From a bacterium (GTDB lineage Bacteria; Krumholzibacteriota; Krumholzibacteriia; G020349025), in contig JANLSU010000058.1 of assembly GCA_031362565.1 (NCBI GenBank), positions 1 through 64,000 of the forward strand: a stretch of 64,000 bases of DNA. The letters are read 5' to 3'. How positions within the stretch are numbered: the first letter of the stretch is position 1; each line of letters begins with the position of its first letter. Positions 19,157 through 29,540 of the stretch are shown here, piece after piece. A program made the translations under genes and the position numbers. The notes beneath the pieces are model-generated. The model was not told the DNA's origin and ran no database searches. It worked only from the letters and a program-made list of their open reading frames with translations.

Positions 19157-20022
19157 GCATCCTCATCGATCGCGACACGCGTGTCGTCGTGCAAGGAATC
19201 ACCGGGCGCGATGGCGGGTTTCACACCCGCCAGATGCTCGACTATGGAACGCGCATCGTCGCCGGCGTGACGCCGGGCAAAGGTGGCAGCCAAGTGCATG
19301 GCGTGCCGGTGTTCGATACCGTGGATGAAGCGGTTCGCAAGACCGGCGCCACCGCCAGCGTGATCTACGTGCCGCCGCTCTTGGCGGCCGACGCGATTTG
19401 CGAGGCGGCGGCGGCGGGCGCGACCTTCATCGTCGCGATCACCGAGGGTATTCCGGTGCAGGACGTGCTGCGGACACTGCCCTTTGTTCGCGAGCGTGGC
19501 GCGCGCCTCCTGGGACCCAATTGCCCGGGCCTCATCGTGCCGGCGCAGTCGAAAATCGGCATTCTGCCGGGCAGCATCGTCACGCCGGGTCCGATCGGAC
19601 TCGTGTCGCGGAGCGGCACTCTGACATATGAAGTGTGCGCCCAATTGACCGGGGCGGGAATCGGGCAGAGCACCTGCGTCGGCATTGGCGGTGATCCGCT
19701 GATCGGCAGCCGTTTCATCGACGTGTTGCGTCTGTTCGAGGCGGATCCGGCCACCGAAGCCGTGGTCATGATCGGCGAGATCGGTGGCAGTGACGAGGAG
19801 GAAGCGGCGGCTTTCGTCCGCAGTTCGATGCACAAACCCGTGGTGTCGTTCATTGCCGGTAGAACGGCGCCGCCCGGACGGCGCATGGGGCACGCCGGCG
19901 CCATCGTGTCGGGGGCTTCGGGAACGGCTGCCGATAAGGTCGCAGCCCTCGAGGCCGCGGGCGTGCGGGTTGCCGCGACGCCCTCCGGCGTCGTCGGCGA
20001 GCTGCGAGCGGTCTGGCACTGA
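19153..20022 (+). CDS. sucD: Succinyl-CoA ligase alpha subunit
   Basis: [27 protein letters not shown]. Confidence 0.97.
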   Translation: MSILIDRDTRVVVQGITGRDGGFHTRQMLDYGTRIVAGVTPGKGGSQVHGVPVFDTVDEAVRKTGATASVIYVPPLLAADAICEAAAAGATFIVAITEGIPVQDVLRTLPFVRERGARLLGPNCPGLIVPAQSKIGILPGSIVTPGPIGLVSRSGTLTYEVCAQLTGAGIGQSTCVGIGGDPLIGSRFIDVLRLFEADPATEAVVMIGEIGGSDEEEAAAFVRSSMHKPVVSFIAGRTAPPGRRMGHAGAIVSGASGTAADKVAALEAAGVRVAATPSGVVGELRAVWH

Positions 20023-20035
20023 AGGAGTAGAGGTT

Positions 20036-20437
20036 TTGGAACGAACGTACTTCATGATCAAACCGGAGGCCGTGCGGGCCAACCGGTTCGCCGACATTTT
20101 GAACTGTGTGATGATGAACCGCTTCGCGGTCGAGCGTCTCGAAATGCGGCGCCTGTCGCCGGAGCTCGCCAAACGCTTCTACGCCGAGCACGACGGCAAG
20201 GGCTTCTTCGCCGAGCTCGTGGCCTATATGACGAGCGGCCCGGTGGTGTGCGTCCAGTTGGCCGGCGAAGACGCGGTCAAGCGGCTGCGGGAACTGGTCG
20301 GGGCGACGAATCCGGAGAAGGCGACCGCCGGAACGATTCGCTTCATGTACGGCAAGAGCCTGCAGGAGAATGCGGTGCACGCCTCCGACAGCCCGGAATC
20401 GGCGGCGCGCGAGCTGGGTCTGCTGTTTCCGGCCTGA
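20036..20437 (+). CDS. ndk: Nucleoside diphosphate kinase
   Basis: ERTYFMIKP, GATNP, GTIR, NAVHASDS. Confidence 0.96.
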   Translation: MERTYFMIKPEAVRANRFADILNCVMMNRFAVERLEMRRLSPELAKRFYAEHDGKGFFAELVAYMTSGPVVCVQLAGEDAVKRLRELVGATNPEKATAGTIRFMYGKSLQENAVHASDSPESAARELGLLFPA

Positions 20438-20497
20438 GGCGGCTCGGCGCGGGTCTGAGGTGCCGGGTGGAAGTGGCTCTCCCTGAATGGCTTCGGG

Positions 20498-20526
20498 TTG
20501 ACAGCCTTGCCGGGGCTCTTTAGGCT
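20498..20526 (+). promoter_or_regulatory. Sigma70 promoter, likely leaderless, for yceD-rpmF-plsX-fab
   Basis: TTGACA-N17-TAGGCT, 6 nt, ATG 20533. Confidence 0.7.
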
Positions 20527-20532
20527 CGCGGC

Positions 20533-21036
20533 ATGGGAAACGACGGCATGACATTGCGGCTGGCGGCGCTGCCGCCCGGACACAGCACGCACCACGGCCA
20601 TTTGGAGTTCGTGGTGTTCGATGCGGCCGAGGAAGAAGAGCCGCACGCCGTTGACGTGACGGCCGAGGTCGACAAAATGGGGCCGCGGATCCACGTGCGA
20701 GGCCATGTCGAAGGCCACGCGCGCTCCATCTGCCACCGGTGCCTCGAGACCTTCGAGCGGCCGCTGGCAAGCGACTTCGTGCTGACGCTGCAGAAGACAG
20801 CGGAGCCCGCCGACGAGGATTTCGTCGTGCTGGGCGACAACATGGTGGAATTCGATCTCGCGCCGCATGCGCGGGAGGCGGTTCTTCTCGAGGAGCCCAT
20901 ACAGCTCCTCTGCGATCCGAACTGCCGCGGGCTTTGTTCGCAGTGTGGCGCGGATCTGAATCAGGGTCGTTGTGGCTGCCGGCCACAGTCGGACCCGCGC
21001 TGGGCGCCGCTCGGGGACCTGCGGCCCTCGCTTTAA
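20533..21036 (+). CDS. yceD: DUF177/YceD family protein
   Basis: CHRCL, LCDPNCRGLCSQCG.DLN, DPRWAPL; upstream of rpmF. Confidence 0.92.
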   Translation: MGNDGMTLRLAALPPGHSTHHGHLEFVVFDAAEEEEPHAVDVTAEVDKMGPRIHVRGHVEGHARSICHRCLETFERPLASDFVLTLQKTAEPADEDFVVLGDNMVEFDLAPHAREAVLLEEPIQLLCDPNCRGLCSQCGADLNQGRCGCRPQSDPRWAPLGDLRPSL

Positions 21037-21073
21037 ATTTGCCATGGGGTCCTTGATCGGACAGGAGGTTGTC

Positions 21074-21256
21074 ATGGGTCTGCCCAAACGGCGGACGTCG
21101 AGGTCTCGCAAGCTGAAGAAACGTGCGCAGTGGAAGCTGAAGGCTCCGGTGCTGTCGACATGCCGCCAGTGCGGCAGTCCGAAGATGCCGCACCGGGTTT
21201 GCACGAACTGCGGAGTGTACGCCGGCCGCGAAGTCGTCGCCGCACCCGAGGTCTGA
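21074..21256 (+). CDS. rpmF: 50S ribosomal protein L32 (zinc-ribbon form)
   Basis: PKRRTSRSRK..., CRQCG..PHRVCTNCG.Y; SD AGGAGG. Confidence 0.95.
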   Translation: MGLPKRRTSRSRKLKKRAQWKLKAPVLSTCRQCGSPKMPHRVCTNCGVYAGREVVAAPEV

Positions 21257-21290
21257 GCCGTCGTCCTCCGATTCGTGGGGGAACCGCCGC

Positions 21291-22331
21291 ATGCGCATCG
21301 CAGTGGACGCCATGGGAGGGGACCTCGGTCCCGGCGTGGTGGTACATGGTGCGGTGCGTGCGCTCGCAAGCCTGGCGCCACAAACGGAAATCCTGCTCGT
21401 CGGAGACGAGACGCCGCTGCGTTCGCATCTTGGTCCCGAGATCCCGCCACGCGTCGAAATCGTCCATGCGCCGGACGTCGTCACGATGGACGACTCGCCG
21501 GTGGATGCGTGGAAGCGCAAACCCAACGCATCGATGATGGTCGCGGCGCGGCTCGTCCACGAGGGACGGGCGGATGCGATGGTCAGCCTCGGCAACACCG
21601 GCGGGGTGCTCGCCGCCGCGATGTTCACGCTCGGCCGAATCGCCCAGGTGCAGCGGCCGGCGCTCGCGACGCTGTTTCCGACCCAGGGGCGCGATTGCGT
21701 GCTGCTCGATGTCGGCGCCAACGCGGACTGCCGGCCGCGGCATCTCCTGCAGTTCGCGGTGATGGGTTCGGTCTTCGCGGCGCTTCGCCTCGGCTGCGAG
21801 CGGCCTAGAGTCGGGTTGCTCAACATCGGCGAGGAAGCGACCAAGGGGAACGAAGTGACCGCGGCAGCCTACCCGCTCTTGCGTGACAGCGGCTTGAACT
21901 TCGTCGGCAACATCGAAGGCCGTGATCTCCTGCAGGGCAACGCCGACGTCGTGGTGTGCGAAGGATTCGTCGGCAATGTGGTGCTGAAATTCGCGGAGAG
22001 CATGCTGGGATTCACGCGCGGATTGCTGCGCGACGAAATCCAGAAATCGCTCCGCCTCAAGTTGGGCGCGTTGCTCATGCGCCCGGCGTTTGGGGCTCTG
22101 AAGCGGCGGCTGGACTATCAGGAGTTCGGCGGCGCGCCGCTCCTCGGAGTGAACGGCATCGTCGTGATCGGCCACGGACGCAGTTCGGAACGGGCGATCG
22201 AGAGCGCCGTGGTGGCTTGTGGCGCACTGGTGCGCGACAAGCTCATCGGGCGCATCAGCGCCGAGTTGGCGAGAACCGGGGGAAGCCTGCTTGAAAAAAA
22301 CGAGCAGCGCACGGATCGCGGGAACGGGTAG
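21291..22331 (+). CDS. plsX: Phosphate acyltransferase
   Basis: IAVDAMGGD, LLDVGANAD, LLNIGEEATKG, GGAPLLG. Confidence 0.97.
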   Translation: MRIAVDAMGGDLGPGVVVHGAVRALASLAPQTEILLVGDETPLRSHLGPEIPPRVEIVHAPDVVTMDDSPVDAWKRKPNASMMVAARLVHEGRADAMVSLGNTGGVLAAAMFTLGRIAQVQRPALATLFPTQGRDCVLLDVGANADCRPRHLLQFAVMGSVFAALRLGCERPRVGLLNIGEEATKGNEVTAAAYPLLRDSGLNFVGNIEGRDLLQGNADVVVCEGFVGNVVLKFAESMLGFTRGLLRDEIQKSLRLKLGALLMRPAFGALKRRLDYQEFGGAPLLGVNGIVVIGHGRSSERAIESAVVACGALVRDKLIGRISAELARTGGSLLEKNEQRTDRGNG

Positions 22332-23280
22332 CTATGTCCCGACACAGCTCCTGACCAACAGCGATCTCGAGAAAATGGTGGATACCTCCGACGAGTGGAT
22401 CGTCGAACGGACCGGCATCCGTGAACGCCGGATCGCGACCGCCGACCAGGCCGCCAGCGATTTGGCGTACGAGGCAGCGGTGCATGCGCTGGACGACGCG
22501 GGAATCGAAGGCAAGGACCTGGATGCGATTCTCGTCGGCACGGTGTGCGGGGACTACTTGTTTCCGTCGACAGGCTGCATCCTGCAGGAACGGATCGGGG
22601 CACGCAACGCCTTCGCCTACGATTTTGCGGCGGCGTGTTCGGGGTTCATCTTTGGTGTCGGCCAGGCGCGTTCCTACATCGTCAGCGGACACTGCCGGCG
22701 GGTTCTTGTCGTCGGCGTCGAAACCTTGAGCAAGCTGACCGATTGGACCGATCGCAATACGTGCGTGCTGTTCGGTGATGGCGCTGGCGCCGCGGTGTTC
22801 GAGCCGTGCGAAGCGGGCGACGGGATTCTGTCGGTGTTCATGCGCAGTGACGGCGCGATGGCGGATATCATTTCGCTGCCGGCGGGCGGCAGCCGGAACC
22901 CGATCACCAAGGAACTCATCGACGAACACGCCAACAAGATTCACATGCGCGGCAACGAGACGTTCAAGCTGGCGGTGAAGGCCATGGAGCACGCCCTGGT
23001 GGAAGCGCTGCGCGAAGCCGGCGTGCGCCAGCAGGATCTCGACTTGTTGATCCCGCACCAGGCGAATATCCGGATCATTCAGGCGCTGGGCAAGCGGCTC
23101 GATGTCGCGGAAGATCGCGTTTACGTCAACGTCGACCGCTACGGCAACACGTCTGCTGCCACCATTCCGATCGCCATCGACGAGGCGCGGCGCAGCGGCA
23201 GGATCGGCCGCGGCTCGCTGGTGGCGACCGCGGCGTTCGGCAGCGGCGCGACGTGGGGTGCCGCGATTCTGCGGCTCTGA
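22291..23280 (+). CDS. fabH: Beta-ketoacyl-ACP synthase III
   Basis: AACSGF, LFGDGAGA, PHQANIRII, GNTSAATIP. Confidence 0.96.
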   Translation: MKKTSSARIAGTGSYVPTQLLTNSDLEKMVDTSDEWIVERTGIRERRIATADQAASDLAYEAAVHALDDAGIEGKDLDAILVGTVCGDYLFPSTGCILQERIGARNAFAYDFAAACSGFIFGVGQARSYIVSGHCRRVLVVGVETLSKLTDWTDRNTCVLFGDGAGAAVFEPCEAGDGILSVFMRSDGAMADIISLPAGGSRNPITKELIDEHANKIHMRGNETFKLAVKAMEHALVEALREAGVRQQDLDLLIPHQANIRIIQALGKRLDVAEDRVYVNVDRYGNTSAATIPIAIDEARRSGRIGRGSLVATAAFGSGATWGAAILRL

Positions 23281-23342
23281 GGCTTTGAGGCCGGCGATGG
23301 CTTGGCCTGTGGTGTGGCGCGCTTGGAGGGGAGGTCGAAAAC

Positions 23343-24278
23343 GTGCGGTTCGCGATGATTTTCCCCGGCCAAGGTTCGCAGGTTGTCGGCATGGGCGCCG
23401 ACGTGGCGGCGGCTTTTCCCGAGGCGCGCGCGGTGTTCGCCGCGGCCGACGACATTCTGGGTTACGGGCTCACCGCGCTCTGCGCCGCTGGACCGCTCGC
23501 CACCCTCACGGAGACCCGCCATGCGCAGCCGGCGCTTCTGACGCACTCCGTCGCGGTGCTCCGCGTCCTGGAAAAACACGGCATCGAACCGGTCGCGGTG
23601 GCGGGCCATAGCCTCGGCGAGTATTCGGCACTCGTGGCCGCCGGGGTGCTCGATTTCGAGGCCGCACTCCGGCTCGTGCGGCAACGCGGCGAATTGATGT
23701 TCGACTCGGGTGTGGACATCCCGGGCACCATGGCGGCAGTCATCGGCGCGCCGCGCGCCGCGATCGAGGCCGCTTGCGCCGCGGCGCGCCGCCTCGGAGT
23801 GTGCGACGTCGCGAACATCAATGCGCCGGATCAAATCGTGATTTCCGGCGCCGTGCCGGCCGTCGAGGACGCGATGCGGCGGCTCGTAGCCGCCGGCGCC
23901 AAGATGGTGAAGCAATTGAACGTCAGTGGCGCTTTTCATTCGGCGCTCATGCGCGGCCCCGGCGACAAGCTCGCCGCACATCTGCGGGCGACGCCCTTTG
24001 CCGACGCGGCCGTGCCGGTGCTGCCGAACGTCACCGGCGAACCTGCGACTCGCGGCGCCGTGCTGCGCGACATGCTCGAGCGGCAGATCTCGGCGCCGGT
24101 GCGGTGGGAGGCGAGCATGCGCGCCTTGCGCGCTGCATTCCCGGCGCCGGTGCTGGAAGTGGGACCGGGAAGTGTGCTCAAGGGCCTCCTGCGCCGCATC
24201 GATCGCGATGCGGCGTGTACCAGTGTCGGGGACCGGTCGGGTCTGGAAGCGCTGCTGGCACAAACCCCTACCGCGTGA
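23343..24278 (+). CDS. fabD: ACP S-malonyltransferase
   Basis: FPGQGSQ, GHSLGEYSAL, VSGAFHS. Confidence 0.96.
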   Translation: MRFAMIFPGQGSQVVGMGADVAAAFPEARAVFAAADDILGYGLTALCAAGPLATLTETRHAQPALLTHSVAVLRVLEKHGIEPVAVAGHSLGEYSALVAAGVLDFEAALRLVRQRGELMFDSGVDIPGTMAAVIGAPRAAIEAACAAARRLGVCDVANINAPDQIVISGAVPAVEDAMRRLVAAGAKMVKQLNVSGAFHSALMRGPGDKLAAHLRATPFADAAVPVLPNVTGEPATRGAVLRDMLERQISAPVRWEASMRALRAAFPAPVLEVGPGSVLKGLLRRIDRDAACTSVGDRSGLEALLAQTPTA

Positions 24279-24320
24279 CCCGGGCCGGGCGCTAGGCTCG
24301 CCCGAGGAGGAGAACCACCG

Positions 24321-25058
24321 GTGAACCTGCAGGATCGAATCGTGCTCGTGACGGGCGCGAGCCAGGGAATTGGATTGGCCGTCGCGCGGGACGTGGCGGC
24401 GCGCGGCGCGCGCGTTGCACTCGTGGCGCGCCAAGAGGAGCGGGTCGTGGCGCTCGCGGCCGAGATCGGCGGCGGCGCGCGCGGCTACGGCTGCCACGTG
24501 CAGGACCCGGCGGCGGCGCAAGCCGTCGTACAGCGCGTCCTGGCGGACATGGGCGCCCTGCACGCGGTGGTCAACAATGCCGGCATCGCCCGCGACGGAC
24601 TGCTCGTTCGCATGTCGCAGGCGGACTGGGACGAAGTGCTGGCGGTCAATCTGACCGGGACCTTCAACTTTACACGCGCCGCAGCCAAGGCTATGATGCG
24701 CCAGAAGTTCGGCCGCATCGTGAACATCACGTCGGTGATCGGACAAATGGGCAATGCCGGTCAAGTCAACTATGCCGCCAGCAAGGCCGGCGTCATTGGC
24801 TTGACCAAGGCGACAGCGCGCGAACTTGCGTCGCGCAACATTACGGTCAACGCGGTCGCGCCGGGATACATCGAGACCGCGATGACCGCCGAGTTGCCCG
24901 ACGCGCAGCGCGAGGCACTCTTGAAATCGATCCCGGTCCAGCGCATCGGCACACCGGAGGATGTGGCGGGTGTGGTCGCTTTCTTGTTGAGCGATGCAGC
25001 CGCCTACATGACCGGACAGGTGCTGAACTGCGACGGCGGGATGTGGATGCATTCGTAA
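24321..25058 (+). CDS. fabG: 3-oxoacyl-ACP reductase
   Basis: [24 protein letters not shown]. Confidence 0.96.
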   Translation: MNLQDRIVLVTGASQGIGLAVARDVAARGARVALVARQEERVVALAAEIGGGARGYGCHVQDPAAAQAVVQRVLADMGALHAVVNNAGIARDGLLVRMSQADWDEVLAVNLTGTFNFTRAAAKAMMRQKFGRIVNITSVIGQMGNAGQVNYAASKAGVIGLTKATARELASRNITVNAVAPGYIETAMTAELPDAQREALLKSIPVQRIGTPEDVAGVVAFLLSDAAAYMTGQVLNCDGGMWMHS

Positions 25059-25134
25059 TGGCGGCAAGGTTGGGCGAGCCGTGCCGCAACGTCGACGTTC
25101 GCCCGAAATCTCGTACGGAGGTGAGGCTGCGCCC

Positions 25135-25377
25135 ATGGCCAGCGACATCGAAGCTCGCGTCAAAAAGATCATCGAAGACCAGCTCGGCGTCAGTGCGGAG
25201 CAGGTTACGAACGAAGCGTCCTTCATCGACGACCTCGGAGCCGACTCCTTGGATACCGTCGAGCTCGTCATGGCGCTCGAGGAAGAGTTCGACATCGAGA
25301 TCCCGGATGAGGATGCCGAAAAGATGACCACCGTGCAGGCGGCCATCGACTACCTGGAGCAAAAGGTCGGCGCCTGA
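25135..25377 (+). CDS. acpP: Acyl carrier protein
   Basis: [20 protein letters not shown]. Confidence 0.98.
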   Translation: MASDIEARVKKIIEDQLGVSAEQVTNEASFIDDLGADSLDTVELVMALEEEFDIEIPDEDAEKMTTVQAAIDYLEQKVGA

Positions 25378-25419
25378 ACGGGCGCCGGGCTTCACGGCCC
25401 CGGGGAGGAGTGCGGTTCG

Positions 25420-26664
25420 ATGGATAGGAAGCGGGTGGTGATCACCGGTGTGGGCACGATCTCGCCGGTCGGATCCGACGTGCCTACGACGCTTGAGGCG
25501 TTGTACGCCGGACGTTCGGGCGTTGGGCCCGTAGAGCACTTCGACGCGACGGGTTTCGCGACCCGCATCGCGGCCGAAGTGCGCGATTTCGACCCGGCCC
25601 GGTACATGGACCGCAAGGATGCGAAGCGCGCCGACCGCTTCGCCCAGTTCGCGATTGCCGCCAGCCGCGAGGCGGTCGACAAGTCGCGAATTGTCGGATC
25701 GGACGTCGATCCAAACCGCATCGGTGTCGTCATCGGTTCGGGCATCGGCGGCATGGAGACGTTCGAGATTCAGCATCAGGCGTTGCTGGAGAAAGGGCCG
25801 TCGCGCGTCAGCCCCTTCTTCGTGCCGATGATGATCACCGACATGGCGTCGGGTTTGGTGTCGATGCAACACGGTTTCAAGGGGCCGAACTTTTGCGCCG
25901 TTTCGGCCTGCGCCTCGGCGGCGAATGCCATCGCCACGAGTGCGATGCTGATTGCGACCGGCGCCGCGGACGCGGTCGTGACCGGCGGTGCCGAGGCCAC
26001 CGTGACGCCGATGACGATGGCGGGTTTCTGCAGTCTGAAGGCGATGTCGGAACGCAATGACGACCCGGCGACCGCCAGCCGGCCGTTCGACGCCGGGCGC
26101 GACGGTTTCGTGCTGGGCGAGGGCGCGGGCATTCTGGTGCTCGAGGATTTGGAGATCGCGCGGCGGCGCGGCGCCTCGATCCTGGGCGAACTCGTCGGCT
26201 TCGGGATGACCGGCGACGCGTTCCACATGACCGCGCCTGCACCGGAAGGCGAAGGCGCCGCGCGTGCGATGCAGGCGGCACTCGACACCGCGGGGATCGC
26301 CGCGGCGGCGGTCGGCTACATCAATGCGCACGGCACCTCGACGCCGTACAACGACAAGAACGAAACTCACGCGATCAAGACGGTGTTCGGCGCCCACGCG
26401 CCGCGGCTCAAAGTGAGTTCGACCAAATCCCTGACCGGGCATTTGCTCGGCGCGTCCGGCGGCCTCGAGGCGATCGTGTCGATCGACGTGTTGCGATCGG
26501 GAAAAGTTCCGCCGACCATCAATCAATTCGAGCGCGATCCCGATTGTGACTTGGACTATGTCCCGAATCATGCCGTCGCGGCCGACGTGCAGTATTCGCT
26601 CAGCAACTCCTTCGGTTTCGGCGGCCACAACGTCTCGCTGCTCTTCAAGAGGTACCAGGAGTAG
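25420..26664 (+). CDS. fabF: Beta-ketoacyl-ACP synthase II
   Basis: SACAS, NAHGTST, GHLLGA, SNSFGFGGHN. Confidence 0.97.
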   Translation: MDRKRVVITGVGTISPVGSDVPTTLEALYAGRSGVGPVEHFDATGFATRIAAEVRDFDPARYMDRKDAKRADRFAQFAIAASREAVDKSRIVGSDVDPNRIGVVIGSGIGGMETFEIQHQALLEKGPSRVSPFFVPMMITDMASGLVSMQHGFKGPNFCAVSACASAANAIATSAMLIATGAADAVVTGGAEATVTPMTMAGFCSLKAMSERNDDPATASRPFDAGRDGFVLGEGAGILVLEDLEIARRRGASILGELVGFGMTGDAFHMTAPAPEGEGAARAMQAALDTAGIAAAAVGYINAHGTSTPYNDKNETHAIKTVFGAHAPRLKVSSTKSLTGHLLGASGGLEAIVSIDVLRSGKVPPTINQFERDPDCDLDYVPNHAVAADVQYSLSNSFGFGGHNVSLLFKRYQE

Positions 26665-26700
26665 CGGTTCGCGGGCGCGGGACGGGCGGTGGGTCATCCG

Positions 26701-27489
26701 ATGACATGGAGCGACTGGGTCGCACGCCTGCGGGGGCGCAAGGCGCGCACCTCACGATCCGTTCCGAGCCACGCTCCCGAACTCGAAAGTCTCGAACGCA
26801 AGCTGGGACATGTCTTCCACGATCGCGGCCTGATCGAAACCGCGCTAACGCACCGCTCGCATGCCTACCGGTCCGGCCAAGAGCGCACGCAATCGAACGA
26901 GCGGCTCGAGTTTCTCGGCGACTCGGTGCTCGGACTCATCGTCAACGAATACCTGTACGGCGCTTACCCCGACCGCAGCGAAGGCGAACTCACCAAGATG
27001 AAATCGTTGGTCGTGAGCCGCGCCGTCTTGTCACGGGCCTCCGAGACCATCGACCTGGGCCGCCATCTCATTCTGGCGCCGGGTGAAGTGGATGCGGGGG
27101 GCAGGACGCGGTCGTCCATCTTGTCGGATGGTTTCGAGGCGGTCCTCGGGGCCCTCTATCTGGACGGCGGCCTGATGCCGGTGCAGAACTTCGTGCGCCG
27201 CGAACTTCTCGGCTCGCTCGAAGCGACGCTCGCGGATCATCAGCTGGCGAACTACAAGAGTTTGTTGCAGGAGAAAATCCAAGCCGAACTCAAGACCCCG
27301 CCGCGTTACAAAGTCACGTCGACGTCGGGCCCGGACCACGCCAAGAAATTCGTCGTCGAGGTCGTGGTGCGCGGCCGCGTTCTGGGCCGCGGCGAGGGCG
27401 ACAGCAAGAAACTGGCGGAGCAACGCGCGGCGCGCCAGGCGCTCCAACACGTCGACACGAATCCCGACCTGCTGCCGCGCGGCGCCTGA
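26701..27489 (+). CDS. rnc: Ribonuclease III
   Basis: ALTHRS, NERLEFLGDSVLG, dsRBD with SKKLAEQRAA. Confidence 0.97.
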   Translation: MTWSDWVARLRGRKARTSRSVPSHAPELESLERKLGHVFHDRGLIETALTHRSHAYRSGQERTQSNERLEFLGDSVLGLIVNEYLYGAYPDRSEGELTKMKSLVVSRAVLSRASETIDLGRHLILAPGEVDAGGRTRSSILSDGFEAVLGALYLDGGLMPVQNFVRRELLGSLEATLADHQLANYKSLLQEKIQAELKTPPRYKVTSTSGPDHAKKFVVEVVVRGRVLGRGEGDSKKLAEQRAARQALQHVDTNPDLLPRGA

Positions 27490-27495
27490 GCGGGT

Positions 27496-28824
27496 TCAAT
27501 AGCGGTACGTGCTCGTCAGCAGGAACCGCCGTTCGCGCCGGGTTTCCGACACCTCAGGATCGTCACGATCGGCGCGGGTAAACTTCCCGACGCTGACCCC
27601 GAAGTCGAGGGCGAAGGTATTCGCCAGGAGCACGCCGGCGCCGAAGGTCACGGTTTCCCGATCCTGCACCGCGGTCGCCGGGTTGCCCAGCAACAGATCA
27701 TAGACCAGTGGTTCATACGAGTAGCCGCCGCGCAGCCGGACCGGCAGGCGTGGCAACGTCCATTCGGCGCCACCCCGCGCGTCGAAGCGCGGCGTGTAGT
27801 CGTCATTCGGGCGGCGCGGGTCGAGCGGGTCGCTCGGCGGACTGTCGACATCGATCTCGTCCCACGCTACATAGTGGGTCTCGGCGGACAGCAGCAGTGA
27901 CGCGAACGAGTAGGAGACGCCCAAGTTAGCCGACCACGGCAAGGTCGGCCGCTGCTCGATGAAGGCGACGGTGCGCGTGTTGTTGTTGGTGTCCAGAAAA
28001 TCGAAATGCTGCAGCGTGGCGTCGCCGGCGATTGTCATCCAGACCGGCGAATGCAGCACGAGTCCGACACGGCCGCCGCCGCCCGCGTAGGCGAGCAAGC
28101 CGAGATCCACTGAAAAGGCGTTGAGGCGCGCTTCGGTGTGCAGCAGGTCGCCGAAGTCGGGAGGCAAACTCGGATTCGTTTCGATGATGTGGGTGTGCTG
28201 CGTGTCGTCGAGCGTGCCGGTCCAAAACGATCCCGTCAGCCCGAGCGAGAGCGAGTGGAGAACATCGACGCCGAGGCCGCCGACGGCGCGCCACACGGTG
28301 CCGGTTTGCTTGCGCGTGAAGTCATCGGTGATGGACAGGTCTTCGGCGGGCGTCGGGCCCGGAATCAGGCGCCGGTCGAACCGGCTGGAACCCATCGCAT
28401 TGCTGCGCTCCCGGAACAGCCCACCGGCGAGCACCAAGCTGCCGCGATAGGTGGGAATCGGATAGGCGATCGCCGCGACATCGAGTCCCGAAGCCGGGGC
28501 ATCTTTCTCGGCCGATGTGTCGAACATGTGGAACGTGCTGCGGGTGCGCCCCGAATGAAACCCGAGTGCGAGTTCGATATGGACGAGTTGTGCGAGGCCG
28601 GCCGGATTGTATTCGAGGCCGGTCGCGTCGTCCGAAATCGCCGTGTACGCACCGCCGAGCGCCGCGGCGCGCGCCCCGACTGGCGACCAACCCGTGGCGT
28701 AGAAGGCTTCGCTCGAAAAATCATCGAGATTGCGATAGGTCGTGGAATCCGCCACGGCGGGGCGCGGCAAACCGGCGAGCAGCGCCAGCGCCAAAGCGCC
28801 GGCAGAGTGTGTTGGGCGCATCAT
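27496..28824 (-). CDS. Outer-membrane beta-barrel, FadL/OmpP1/PorV-like
   Basis: Signal peptide; GARAAALGGAYTAISDDATGLEYNPAGLA; amphipathic strands; C-terminal TYRY. Confidence 0.8.
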   Translation of the reverse strand: MMRPTHSAGALALALLAGLPRPAVADSTTYRNLDDFSSEAFYATGWSPVGARAAALGGAYTAISDDATGLEYNPAGLAQLVHIELALGFHSGRTRSTFHMFDTSAEKDAPASGLDVAAIAYPIPTYRGSLVLAGGLFRERSNAMGSSRFDRRLIPGPTPAEDLSITDDFTRKQTGTVWRAVGGLGVDVLHSLSLGLTGSFWTGTLDDTQHTHIIETNPSLPPDFGDLLHTEARLNAFSVDLGLLAYAGGGGRVGLVLHSPVWMTIAGDATLQHFDFLDTNNNTRTVAFIEQRPTLPWSANLGVSYSFASLLLSAETHYVAWDEIDVDSPPSDPLDPRRPNDDYTPRFDARGGAEWTLPRLPVRLRGGYSYEPLVYDLLLGNPATAVQDRETVTFGAGVLLANTFALDFGVSVGKFTRADRDDPEVSETRRERRFLLTSTYRY

Positions 28825-29540
28825 CGTGCGGGCCTCGGGCGATTGTTGGGCATTCCTTGTCCCTCGCTCTGCGCTGGAGTGGCGTTCGATTCCGGTGGAG
28901 CCTGCGACTCGGGTGCCGCCGAAGACGGCGGCGTTGCATCGTCGTCGTTGGTCGGCGGCGGCGCATTCGGATCCGCGGGCGGTACGACGGGTGCCGGATG
29001 GGGTGCCGGCGCGGCGGCCGCCGCGCGCCCTGCGACCCCTTCCGGGGTCCGTGGTGCCGGCACCGGGTTGCCGCTGTGGGCCGTATCACGTGGCCCCGCT
29101 GCCGGAGCGCCGCCGTGTTCGGCATCACGTGGTGCACTGGCCGGGGCGCTGGACCGTGGCTCGAGTGCCGCCTTGACCGTCTCCACCGCCGGTGGCGCGA
29201 TCGATGCCGGTGCAACCGGCGCTGCCGCCCACGGCAAGGGACGGTTGTTTGCCATACCCGCGCCCTCGGCCCGCGTGCCGATGCGGGCGTTGCCCGCCGC
29301 GACGCGTTCCCACCAGGGTTGTTCATAAAAGGTCTGCCACTGCGGGGCGCACGGCATCGGCGACCAAGCGACGAGATTGCCGACGCCGCCTGTATGGCAG
29401 GCGCGGCAATCTTCCGTGACGCCCAGTTCAACCGGCGCCTCGGCGTCGTCCACCGCCGGGTGGCGCAGCACCGTATAACAGCCGGATCCCAGACTGAGGC
29501 AGAGGCATAGGCAGAGCGTGACCCATAGAATGCGGCGCAT
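28821..29540 (-). CDS. Lipoprotein with a single CXXCH motif and Pro/Ala-rich tail
   Basis: SD AAGGAGG; lipobox ..LGSGC-YTVLRHP; CRACH at 29408-29394; WQTFYEQPWW. Confidence 0.75.
   Translation of the reverse strand: MRRILWVTLCLCLCLSLGSGCYTVLRHPAVDDAEAPVELGVTEDCRACHTGGVGNLVAWSPMPCAPQWQTFYEQPWWERVAAGNARIGTRAEGAGMANNRPLPWAAAPVAPASIAPPAVETVKAALEPRSSAPASAPRDAEHGGAPAAGPRDTAHSGNPVPAPRTPEGVAGRAAAAAPAPHPAPVVPPADPNAPPPTNDDDATPPSSAAPESQAPPESNATPAQSEGQGMPNNRPRPAR

Noticed and set aside
22291..22331. A7 run in the plsX/fabH overlap as a frameshift fusion site
   Set aside because: fabH is +1 relative to plsX, so a -1 slip at A-AAA-AAC would not fuse them; a simple overlapping TTG start explains it
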